A stretch of DNA of 63,981 bases, filler included, from Phoronis australis (taxonomy: Eukaryota; Animalia; Phoronida), in NCBI GenBank assembly GCA_002633005.1. It is 8 parts of 8 records of this genome, joined end to end, with 100 filler letters (N's around TTAATTAATTAA, not from the genome) between each part and the next. Parts side by side here need not be neighbours in the genome. Positions count along the whole stretch, not along the records: positions 46,045 to 53,092 come from NMRA01000676.1; positions 53,193 to 58,556 come from NMRA01002356.1; positions 58,657 to 62,458 come from NMRA01002830.1; positions 62,559 to 63,981 come from NMRA01001535.1; 4 more parts are not named here. One strand, written 5' to 3'. Shown piece after piece: positions 51,972-63,981 of this stretch (its first letter is position 1; every line of letters begins with the position of its first letter). The translations under genes were made by a program, and so were the position numbers. The notes under the pieces were generated by a model that saw only the letters and a list, made by a program, of their open reading frames with translations, had not been told where the DNA came from and ran no database searches.

Positions 51972-52670
51972 CAAGTGCCAGAACCTCGCAACTTCCCAGG
52001 GCTAACCGTGCGGAGGCTTGTCCCCCTAGTGCAGCAGGCGCTACTCCGTGCACCGCGGTTTGCCCAAGATTACTTGATACGCAAAGTTCTGTGTTGTTTA
52101 CCACTAGCCGCAACTGGTTTAAGACTCAAGAACCAGGGTATTAGTTCTCAAGGGTTCCCGTGTCACCTGACCGGAGACAAGGGGTATCAATCGGACCCGA
52201 AGAGGTCAAAGTCAAGATACTCCTGACCAGGCGCACCAAAGGGGGGTGATTGGGTTAGAGAGGCCTCCCACTCTAGAGCCACTGATCAATCACCCGAGAA
52301 CAGAGAATGCTTCCAACAAGNCAAGTGCCAGAACCTCGCAACTTCCCAGGGCTAACCGTGCGGAGGCTTGTCCCCCTAGTGCAGCAGGCGCTACTCCGTG
52401 CACCGCGGTTTGCCCAAGATTACTTGATACGCAAAGTTCTGTGTTGTTTACCACTAGCCGCAACTGGTTTAAGACTCAAGAACCAGGGTATTAGTTCTCA
52501 AGGGTTCCCGTGTCACCTGACCGGAGACAAGGGGTATAAGTCGGACCCGAAGAGGTCAAAGTCAAGATACTCCTGACCAGGCGCACCAAAGGGGGGTGAT
52601 TGGGTTAGAGAGGCCTCCCACTCTAGAGCCACTGATCAATCACCCGAGAACAGAGAATGTTTCCAACAAG
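51972..52670 (+). repeat. About 349-bp direct duplication across a single N (probable contig overlap)
   Basis: 51972-52320 repeated at 52322-52670 with only a few substitutions. Confidence 0.92.
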
Positions 52671-55600
52671 GTTTTCGGCATCTCATATCGTTCGAAACAA
52701 CAACGGCTGCTTAAGACAGAAAACCCTCTTTCCCAACCCGATCCCGCACAGTTTAGTCTGAGTAAACCCAGTCCATGTGTTGCCACGTGGAGGTACTGCA
52801 CGAGTCTCATGTTGTGAACACATCCACTACCACAAGAAACTGTAGGAACACAGCATTTATCCACCTTCACTCTTATCAGGCTTCTATTGTGAGTCAGCAT
52901 GCGTGAATAATTGGCTGATAAGCCACCTCTGGAACTATTTTTGGCTGAATGGATGACCAGGCCATAAAATGATAAGTAACCAAGACCAGTTACTAATGCA
53001 ACAAAGAATAATGTCGTAGCATCACCTAGCCTTCATGTCGTGAACACATCCACTACCACAAGAAACTGTAGGAACACCGCATTTATCCACCTNNNNNNNN
53101 NNNNNNNNNNNNNNNNNNNNNNNNNNNNNNNNNNNNTTAATTAATTAANNNNNNNNNNNNNNNNNNNNNNNNNNNNNNNNNNNNNNNNNNNNAAATGCTA
53201 TTATGTAGTCCTGAGCCAAGACTCGTCACTTCGGTTGCCTCAACTCTTGAGGCTATTGTGAACAGCACCGAAACAGCCAGGGAAGGAGGATATTCATCAA
53301 ATGACAGACCTGGCGTCGTTACACCAGACTTTGCAGGTAAGGCAAAAAAATTATATCATCAACTGCCGGCTGCTAGAATACGAATAGAACGGTAAAATAT
53401 AAGTTACAGAACCAGAACTAATGTCAATCTACTCCTGGCAACCTGGTCGTTTAAAGACCTTCTCTTAAGCTACTAACGAGTCTGGAAGTATCTTTTAAGG
53501 CTGAATGGCTTTGTGTTATTTGCCAGCAACTACAAACAGGCAAGCTACAGAGTGTTTGGCCAGGTTTGTTTCACCGATTATGTGGTGGGTCGCTGATGGA
53601 GGTGTTTTTACACCGCACTTTGTCTAGTGTGCAGAGTAAGACCATTCGACCGGAGAAATAACGTTTGAGCTGAAGTTAACATCTTTATCCTCTGAAAATC
53701 GTGAAACAGACGTACTGTTACCGAATCAGGCTCTGCGTTGCATTAGACTGCATAATATGATGATTGTGGAATATTCTAAAATATACATGTATAGGATAGC
53801 TCAATGAGAAGATTTCAGCCATGCGCTTGGATAGCAGCAGAGTAAAGAGCTGGCGAGTTAGCTGGAGCAGAAGCGCGTACTCTATCCTCGTCCACACAGA
53901 GTGTGAAAGCTGAAGACAAAGGGGTGACAAGCGTAATCTACACGGAATTGTACAATAATAAACCGTTGGCGTATCATTACTATTGTTGACGCCAGGTAAT
54001 GCTGAAGCAGTATTAAAATGGTGGCGTAAGGCAATGAGATTATTACCTGAGCAATGGATTCCTGCATGCTTGTTGCTCATCCCGACTTTCTCCTGACTGA
54101 TTAGTCTAAAGGGAAATGCCTGCTCTCCTTTCNCGCTTGAATGTATACATGGCAAATAACCTATTTATACAGCTATGCCGCCAGGTTTATTGAATTATTT
54201 TCCATGACACATGCTGTTTAATATAAAATAGGTAATGCTTAATTAAAGAAAATGAAAGCGGGTGCATTGCAACGGCTGCATTTTCTTTTATCCCTCTCAT
54301 TTACAAACTGTCACTAATTGTGCCTTAGCGATGACACCATCTAATTAGTTATTGTCACCACGTTTACAACGTTTACAGATGCATATATACACTACTAAGC
54401 TATGTTAAAGGGACATGTTCCAGAATATACATACCACTAACATAAATAGGCCGATCCCAAATGCAATGTCTGGTTATTTGGGAAACAAAGGAAAGCAACA
54501 ATGTCAGAAACATATTAGAGGATTGACGTGATAACAATCATGTGCGATGTAGAGGTATACATTCTTTTGTATTGGAGGTACCCAGTTCTAAGGGCTCACA
54601 AGTCAGCAAAAAACAAAACGTGAATATCTACTCATTTTATCCTTGCGAATAACTGTATGGCAGTTTGCATCTTAATTTTAAATATATTCCGTCATGCCAT
54701 AGGCAGATTTAGGGGGGCCCAGGGGGACCGGGCTCTCCCCCCCCCATGGCTGCAGCAAGCAAAGTGAAACAGCAACAGCGCGAAGCACGAGGAAATATTG
54801 AGTTCAGCAAGTAGGACCAGTAGCGGATGTGGGGGGTTTGGACTCAGGTAGCGGAGGAATCGTGTCCCGTTTTTTAGTCCAACGATAGGGTTCCCGAACA
54901 GAAGGTCTGCATCCCCGGCCCCGCAACTATCGGCCCACCTGTCCAAATACAATCGCGCTTTGCCCAATTCCCGAGGCAACGTGTTGGGCCTCCCACCTTG
55001 TGCTATCCTAGATCCGCCACTGCATACTTAGCATAACTGATCAACTAGAAATATTATTTTGCGCGAGTGAGCCTGTTGATAAGTTTGCAACATTCCCGGT
55101 GACTTTTGGCACCATAGTACAACTACAAAAGAAAATGAAAACGTGGATCATGATGAATCACAGAGGTTTACATGCACTTATTGTCACAGTAGAACAAAAT
55201 GAATTACAATTTAAGTGAAGTCAGGTCGTCTTTGTTGTAATTGACCCTTTCCAGTACATTTTGAGCCTTTGTAGTGGAATTATGGCAAAGTCAAAGGAAA
55301 GTGTGTTTAATTTGAGAATCACAGTAGTCTAACATGTTGAATGAAACGGTCAGAAGGAAAATGCACCCTTGACGCAATGAAAATACCAAAAATTCCAGGT
55401 TGCATTCCCAAAATCCAGATTACGTTCATAACTTCCATGTTCCAAAGGTTTCCCGCTATTGTTATGCGCCAAAATTGATTTTTAGATCACCGAAAAAAAT
55501 GTCTAGATGGTTCTCTCGCCTGCCTCGTTAAATTTTTCTAAATTTCAGGTAGCAAAATTAAGTTCTTACTTGCATATACAGCGTTAATGTTCTTCCCGAC

Positions 55601-58600
55601 CGCCATTGAAAGGCTCTTGAGCCCAAGGCTGACGTGAATGTTGAACCAGTGCTCTCTGACTGATAAGTGCTTTCGTGTATGCACATGTAGCTAAATTTGC
55701 AACGTAAACAGGGAGGAAATACTCGTTGAAAAATATCAGCAAATTTTGTAGTACTGATCTGCTACATAGCTGTCAGCAGCGTCGTAAAAGGTCCTAACTA
55801 ACTTTGAGTGCAAACTCCTTCAATTTTTTGCTCGCAGCTCACATCAAGTTCAAAAGATCGCTAACCAAGAACAGTCCTCCCGAACAACCACATGAGCATG
55901 GTATAACGCCGAATCGTTCTCTAACGCGTTTCACTTGCCGGTATTTTTGGCTACTTTTGCAAATATCCGGATGCCCCGTAGAAAGTTTAGGACCACAGCA
56001 TACCACTTGATAAAATCTCATAAAACAGCGGTGCGTAAGATACTAATTCTTAATACATCACCTTACTAATTTTTTGGTACAAAACCAATTTAGTTTTCAT
56101 GTAAGATGTCCTTATTATTTAATTACTGCAATATCTACGATAATATCCCTGATATCGAACTGCAGCACCGATCAGTCCCCCTTTTAGCGTACAAAAGGCC
56201 CCGGCAGGCGATCGTGACTTAGAGAGGTCCGTCTCGTTTCTCAAAAAGGGTCCAATTCCTCGCCAAACGACGGCCACGCCTTTACTTTCAGCAGAATAGT
56301 TTTGAAATCCTCAATCCCTTTACTTGTATCTGAGGCTGCTGCGCGACTTGAGTCATCTGTCACTCACGTGTTGTTCTCAAGTGTAGGCCTACACTAGCGA
56401 TTCAAGTACTTGAATATAAACGTGCGCACGACTCCAAAGCTGCCCATCAAAGAAGAACGGCGACAGTCCAAAAAGGAAATAGTACACCGGGTACAACGGT
56501 TAATGTGACAATGAACTCCCGGTGGTTACTGAAGAACTTATGCTTTAAGATATTTCCCAGGACCGATGTAGCCCAGAATTGATATTTCCCTGTTTTAATG
56601 TTTCCGTGGGTCGATGTTCTCTTGGTCCTATGTTCTCTGCCAGAAGTCAATTACAGAAACTAAACGGGTAGATGCGAAATTCAGGTAGCGAATTTTTTAT
56701 TCTTCTCCACATACACTCCCGCCAATATTTGCTATCCGGAGCATACCGTAATATTTTCAGACTCGAATAGAAAGAATATTGTTCCGGGTCAAGGGGGTAA
56801 TAAAAAACAAAGTTATTCCGGGTGTAAAAAAGGTACATTGTGGGTGGAGACTGTAACCATGACGTCACCCTTAATAGATGGGAGTTGCCTCTCAAAATCG
56901 TGTTTTTATAACATGTCTTACTGCTGCAGTCGCTCGATTTCTTGTTACCTCAAACATTCAGGTTAATGACCATGCTCATGCGTTCGCCTACTTACCTCTG
57001 AATGGTTCCATGATGAACTCTGACTGCTTTGAACCACGCGTCTCCCAGCAACTTTTGAGAATTTCCAAGGCGCCCACAGTTCAAGCTAGCGCCCATCAGT
57101 GTGCATTAAAAGCGCACACGGTTTGAAATCTGTAGTGAGTCACACTTTCATTCTCCATTACAGCACATTCAGCGAAAAACGTTTAAAGCGCTTATTTTGA
57201 ATTTTGAGCCATCATTTCTCAAATTAGAAGATCATGAATATTTTGACCCAAAATACGCCATTGTCGGTCCAGGAAGCCTCAGTTAGTGACGTAGTTTCAA
57301 AACCGCTTAAATGAACAGGACTGAAAAAATCTTCATAATGTTTATGTAAGCAATGAACCTCTGCATCAGAAGACAGTCTTTTCATTTTTAAACGGATTTC
57401 CACTAATTTTCATTTGGCGAGTCTGTAAATTTTAACCAATTCCTGTGTATGATTTAGCCGTTTTTTTTTTTGAAATGGTGATGCTTATTTTTCAAAATGG
57501 GGGTCGGGTCAAAGAATTTTAAAAAGCGGTGTCCGAGTCAACAATTTGAAAATTCTAGATTTGAAGTCACTAAAATGAAGTAGACGCCCATGCATCCGCT
57601 GTTTGAGGTGCTCTGGTGAGGGCTAGTTTGCGAGATGCTGATAGTTTCAAATAAACTATTTTCTCTATCAATTTGCTGTCTGAATAAAAATTGAGAAATA
57701 AAATATGAATTTTTTCTTCGTTTCCAAGAAAAAAAACCGACATAAAGAACACACCATCGCGTATTTTACAGTCCTTGTTTACAGGTCGTAATCCTCATAC
57801 ATGGTAAGTGGGCTTCGTGGATTTTTAAACATGTTTCGGTGGAGCTGACATCGGTTGACGTCAAACTTTAGATAATACGGTTACAGTTGGCCCCCTGGTG
57901 GTAGTTTCTATGACGAGATTTCTTGGGTGAAATGTCATGAAAGTTGGCCAAAATGTTTTTACCTATGAAACGATGGCGGATGAATATTTTCCAATGATTG
58001 TAACCTGCACGCGCTGCCCCATCCTGTGACAATTTAAGCATTTTTGAAACCGTCTAATATCTGCCCCTCCCCGTGGCCTGATATCAACTACATGTACATA
58101 ACACAACCGCCTCCTAAGGTACTATTTTTTTCTTCGGCTTTCCTGCCCTTGCAAAATTGGGCTTTAAATAAGGGTTGCATTGGTTACACCCCAATATTCC
58201 GGAAGCAATATTTCGACAGTTCAAGGTACACAATTTTAACGAAAATTTACTCAGCACCCTGATAGTCATATGTTCGGATAACCCAGTACTCCGACAGTTT
58301 ATCGTATATTCAGACAAAGGTCTATCTGTATGTAGGTTATTGATGATATTTGGTGCAACTTATTTATTTATTTTAAAAACTTGACACACGAAGGGTGACG
58401 CAAAGAAGTGAATTTCACCTTTCCCCAAAATTCTCTAATCGTTCCAGACTATTACAACTTAAGTACTAGTCCACGAGAGAACCAACCATGAGCGGCAAGG
58501 TGGGGGTCAGCCGATTTTCACCAAATTTGGCACATATGTAGTCCTATGGGATCTATNNNNNNNNNNNNNNNNNNNNNNNNNNNNNNNNNNNNNNNNNNNN

Positions 58601-60131
58601 TTAATTAATTAANNNNNNNNNNNNNNNNNNNNNNNNNNNNNNNNNNNNNNNNNNNNCCATCGTAGTCATTCTGTGATGTGTTACAAGAGGAAAGCTTAAC
58701 TTGCCTTGTACTAAAAATACAAATCCCTGGTTATCTTAACACTTAGTGCTGTTCCCTTACTTGTTATCAACTAAGCATTCAATGTGGCATAAAAGTCCAT
58801 TGTTTCTACTTCAATTTCTATCGAGCTTTTGGTAGTAGCCACTTATAGGGGTACCAGTTTCATGCCTGGTATTCAGTGGAGAAAACTGGTTCTCAAATGG
58901 GGGACTACTGTAAGTGATTCTAACCAATATTTTAAAGAATAGCGAGAATGGACTCGTGCGCGTCAAAAGCATAGATTTTTTATTCAAGTTGTCCAATCTA
59001 ACGATTGTCTGTTCATGAGCTAGGAGTTGATATTGCAAAGATGCAATCTGTTTAGTTGTTTCCAGAACGTGATCTTCTGGGAGTTTAAAATGCTACCTAA
59101 GTGGATGATCTCTGCATGTGGTTTGTCTCCATCTAATGGCGGAGCTGTTTCAGATGACATCTATCCCACATTCCTGCGCAACATCTCGTGCTATCCATAA
59201 AAAGATCAAACACAGTTGTATGACCAGCTCATTAACGAACACAGTCTGACTTAGATTAAGGTTTTGGAAGACCTTGTTGACATATTGGTATACTAAGCCA
59301 AATATCTAAAAACTATAGATTTTGACCATGTCTTTTTAAATTTAGCAAAAAGAAAGGACTGGAGCATTCGTACCATACCTACAGTATCAATAACGTGACC
59401 ATATTTCATTGGATATAAATGTTCCAGATGAAGTCTCATGGGCATTGTTACAGTTTTTTAAATTATCATGTTTTCGTTTTATGGAGTCGATTTTTCTGTA
59501 AAAACTCTATTTTTGATAGCATCTTGTGCAAAAGCAGAATAGTTTAAAAACAATTCCTGTGAGCGTTTTGGAGAACTATGCATGAAGCGTAGCATCTGAA
59601 AGTTTCATACAAATCCAACAGCCGTTTTCAAGATAAGACATTCTGAAGTCAAATTTGAACATTTTTCTGTAGTCCTACACCACCTTAATGAAAGTTCTTA
59701 TAACGAACGACAAAAATCAGTACCCACTTGTTTTTTCCTTTATTTATTGTAAACATTAAAGCAGTAGTCAATGAGTGTAAGACAGAGTTAGGTTGTGTTG
59801 CAGTTCGAGAGGTACTACGAGAAGGATGATAGTGTCACCCCTCCAGTGAAGTTAGAGAGATGTGTTGCAACGGAGGGGGAGAAGGTGATTGTGGTGGAAC
59901 CTCTGGTAAGTTGTACATCGCAGCACATACTGTTGAGTTATCAAATGGAGGACTACAATAACAGAAGAGTGTTCCATAGACCCAGTTTCTCGCAAGAGTT
60001 AATCATGAAATCCTGCGAATATATTCAGGAACTTGGAAGTGTAACCCCGTAAATTGTCAGCCACAAAGGTGATTGGTTGGCACGGTTGAAGTGTTGGATT
60101 TGTGGGATTGAATTCACTGTTAACGCGGCAA

Positions 60132-60200
60132 GTGCGAGGGATTTGAACTTAAGTCTCAGAATTTACAAGCGCACGTGTTACCACTAAGCCACGGCACACG
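60132..60200 (-). mobile_element. Degenerate tRNA-derived SINE head
   Basis: Minus strand has A-box tggcttagtgg and B-box gttcaaatcc. Confidence 0.5.
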
Positions 60201-61598
60201 CACTACAAGCAGAATTGAAAAAAATGTATTTTATAATTAAGTTATGTGTAAGGATACTCAATGTCTGAGATGTATTACTTGAGTGTAATATTACTCGACA
60301 TAAAAAGGAAACTTTCAAACATTTATTTATCGAAACAAACTTCATCTAACGACCGTATCTTTTGTCCGGCTCCTCCGTACGACAAATATTCCTATAGTTT
60401 TTGTTGTCATAAGTGTTGACCTTAAGACCTTTGACGTCATTCAAGTAGTTCCAAAAGCATCAATATGAAGGAACTGAAGGTTTCCACTCGACGGCAAGTG
60501 TTGTTTATATCACAGAAAAGTGAGGGATAAATAAGTTATTGAATGGTTCCGTGGTAATTAAACGTATTATGAAGAACTCGATGGTTTTTTGAAAAAATAT
60601 CTCATTCCTCACAGTACGTCTAATAATCCCAGAACCATTCAATAACCTTAATGTCTCACCAATTTAGGATGCCTGATAAGTGAAGTTTCCTCATTTTTCC
60701 TTGGAAGATATGTTCCACCAAATGAATGCTTTTTCATATTCAAGCTGTGTACTATACATACCGCCTGAACATGTTTTGTGGACATTTACAACAATGTTAG
60801 AACTCCTCGGAAAATCAAGCAAAGGTAAATTTTAGCTATTGTACTTGACAGACATTTGGGGAATTTAACCGTAAGTCAGACTTGACATCCCAAGTTTATA
60901 CTTCATCACATAAATGCACAACCAATAAACTTATCAACAAATAGGAAGACTAAAGATCATTATTTGGTCGCATTTTAGAAGCATTTACACTCCTTGACCT
61001 CAAGCATTAACAAGAAACAATCATCATTTTCTCTTAGGGTTTTGTCCCACTGTCATAATTGTCAGCCTTTTACCATCCTCACCTCTACATTTTCTTACAT
61101 CAACAAGATAACTTTTCATGTGGAATGTAGTCACACCACCACAACCAAAATATAACAAAATAAGCTTAGTTTGTTTGGCACACTTTTGTTGATCTATTAA
61201 TTAAAACAAGTAACGAAGCTGTACTTTCAGTCAAAAACAACCACTTTTTAGACACCTTCCTAGTAAAAAATCAATTTCATCTGGTTTTTCTTCAGATTAG
61301 ACACAATTTCTAAGCTTGAAGAACTGACATCATTATTGCTTCAGTCCATTTCATTAAATTAGTTTCGATCGCCACAGAACTGTGTTCATCAGAATTTCTG
61401 AAATTCTGAAATTTTCAGGCACTTCATTGAATTGATTTCAAAGGATATGAATACCATGACGTTAATTTGGAAGCGCAAATATACAGGTGAAGGTTTTTCT
61501 AAACCAGACTGAGGTATATGGCAACTTTAACATAATAAAAATACAAAACTTCACACACACACACATAGTTCTGACTAAGTCCTAACTACTCTGAAGGT

Positions 61599-62458
61599 CT
61601 ACACCTTGCACTCCCCTATAATATCATTCACACTCTTAAACTTGACAAGTGAGGATTGTTTCACATCAGAAACCCAGACCCTGCCTGCTTTACTGATGGC
61701 CAGGCCACCGATCTTTCCAATCATGTCTGCTCCGGCCAAAATTCCCATACCTTGTCCATCTGCTGCACACTTGAAGATCAGACAACTACCTTGTCTGTCT
61801 CGACCAGCCACAAACACCTGGCCCGCATCACTACTAATGCAGCTGATCTGACGCATTTCTTGGCCGCAATACGTTGGCACAAACCTCCTGACCACTGATC
61901 CGTCCACCTGCCTCACAGCTTGAACACAGTCCTTTCCATGGTCCACAATAAAGAGAGTGTGGCTTGGTCCACCAGCTATCTCACCAGGGACACTGAATCT
62001 CTCTGGATGGGTCTTAAACGCTTGGTTCACCTTTCCGTTTTGATCCATAGTGCAGATGATTTTGCGCTGGGGATCTGAGAAGATGATCTCATTCAAGTCA
62101 TTGGTGGTTAATCCGTGAATTCCGTTGAATTGGGTGATCGGCACGGTTCGTGTTAATGATCCACTGTCGAGGTTAAACACTTCAAGAGAAGTTGTGCAGT
62201 AACATTTACTCTCATCTGATGATTCCCATTTCTTTGGAGATACGATGAGCTCTTGCTTGTTAGCAGACAGGCTCATGGCCGCACGTGTATCACTGGCTAT
62301 TCCACTGAGCTGCATATTGGGAAGAGAGGGATTTCCATGACGATTGAACTTTCGAATGCATCCATTTTTACTGTCGCATACATAGACATTACCAATGTCG
62401 TCTGTTACGACGGAAGACAAGAGAGAGGGTGATGTATCCACATACAATACCGGAAAAA
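61599..62458 (-). CDS. NHL-repeat beta-propeller protein, terminal exon, 5'-incomplete (TRIM-NHL-like)
   Basis: Open frame of more than 282 codons running into the gap; repeated blades SVVTDDIGNVYVCDSKNGCIRKF, HGLTTNDLNEIIFSD, FSVPGEIAGGPSHTLFIVDHGKDCVQ, GGLAISKAGRVWVSD. Confidence 0.85.
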
Positions 62459-63357
62459 NNNNNNNNNNNNNNNNNNNNNNNNNNNNNNNNNNNNNNNNNN
62501 NNTTAATTAATTAANNNNNNNNNNNNNNNNNNNNNNNNNNNNNNNNNNNNNNNNNNNNCCGAACAGACCCTAAACTAATGCCAAGGACCTTGGTAAATTG
62601 GCCGAACTTTGTAGGCTACGGTGTGTCCAAATACCAATGAATCCGTAACAGCGAAATAATACAAAATACGTTTTATACGAACTCGGTGTACTTTTAAGGG
62701 TTTTACATCGAAGTTTGGTGATTTATTGGTGTTAAACGATGAATGCAAGCGGTAAGCTGACACCAGTAACCCGTGTTGTGAACTGCTGAACAGACTGAGC
62801 GTGAAACCAATGACGTCAGTGGATAATTTCAAAACCTCCGTCTGATGTCAGGTGTCAGGTAACGCAACCGAACGTATAGTTATCGAGTAGAACTACTCGA
62901 TCTAAATTGATACAAAATAGGTTGTATTTTGGGTGGGGTTCTCCTTTGAAGTGCATTGTCACCACTCCAGACTTGCAGTTACCACAAAAGTTGGCACTTT
63001 GGCGATGCTTGTTTTGTTAAAATTTCTTAAACAAACAGGTTTAATATCACAGAGCATTTTGAAACTACATAATGTATTCTATGAGCTGACACTTCGCAAA
63101 CAGTCCTAGACTCTGCGACATTCTGGGTTGATACTGTCAATCGAGAAAAAGAATTTCCTCTTTGACGCCATCTCTTGGTAAACTTGTAAACCACCATATG
63201 CTGGGGATACAGAAAGTAAGGTACAGACCAGTGATATACCATTTTCGATGTATAAAGCATGCTCAGAATATTGGAAATCTGTTGGTGTAGTATCTTGTAC
63301 TAGTCAGCCACGACTGAAAGCTTTGGCGGTGGTAAAAGACCCACCAGGTACCAGGTG

Positions 63358-63517
63358 CTGGGGCGGATCCAGAATTTTGAGTTAGAGGGGCCAGGGCAGA
63401 GTATTAGTCAGGATTTTTCCCGACAGACATTCGCACCACCGAACTGCCAAATGGGATCTGAGAGACTTTTTGGGGGGATCTTGGCCCCTTTGCCCCATAC
63501 CCTAAGTCCACTTCTGA
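63358..63517 (+). mobile_element. hAT-like MITE, family of 39708-39855
   Basis: Starts ctggggcggatccagaattttgagttag and shares the internal sequence. Confidence 0.7.
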
Positions 63518-63981
63518 GATGTATCAAAGAGAGACATGGATATCAGGCAGTATTTAGTATGCACTTGAATGTCTAATTATGATTCATATTGTGTTTGCAT
63601 CGTTGCATTAAACCTAAAGAGTGACCATTCTACAAAACTGGTAACGAACTTCAAATTCCGTAATCCACTGAAGCACCTTCATGTGGAATGGGACTTGAAA
63701 GTTCATCTGATTTATTATGACTGGCCATGGTCGTGAGTCTCATGCTATGGGTGCCAAAATGTACGAGACGACAAGGAAACAGGCACTTTTTCATAACTAG
63801 TTAACAATTGACCTCACTCGACTCTCAATGATTGTCTGCGCAAAAGTATACTTAACGAGTAAGTAAGTCACGGTGATGTGTTATACATGTACATGTACAT
63901 ACAGGTGTACGTGCTAGTGAATTCATATTCGAGTGCTCCGAGTGCGTGTCGTTTACGTTAATTAACACCCGCCACATGGTT

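Overview
AT-rich eukaryotic DNA from a fragmented draft assembly, probably a marine invertebrate (inferred from the spliceosomal introns and transposon mix; taxon not determinable). Seven 100-bp gaps carry an artificial TTAATTAATTAA spacer, and single-N joins flank duplicated sequence. Three host-gene loci are readable, and most of their exons are missed or only partly captured by the ORF track. (1) IFT27/RABL4 on the minus strand: four internal GT-AG exons at 22502-24787; the first and last exons were not found. (2) A plus-strand locus at about 5.4-14.4 kb with ankyrin exons upstream and a frameshifted FAM111-like trypsin-type protease exon downstream, apparently decaying. (3) A minus-strand NHL-repeat ORF at 61599-62458 that runs into a gap. 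The rest is transposon debris: RNase H-bearing LINE, Penelope RT, LOA/R1-type RT, CR1/L2-group 3' end, hAT transposase, tRNA-derived SINEs, Helitron/Helentron ends and MITEs. No CRISPR array or rRNA was seen. The best novelty candidate is the possible ankyrin plus FAM111-like protease gene, but its exon linkage is inferred. All homology calls come from recalled motifs and manual translation, not database searches.
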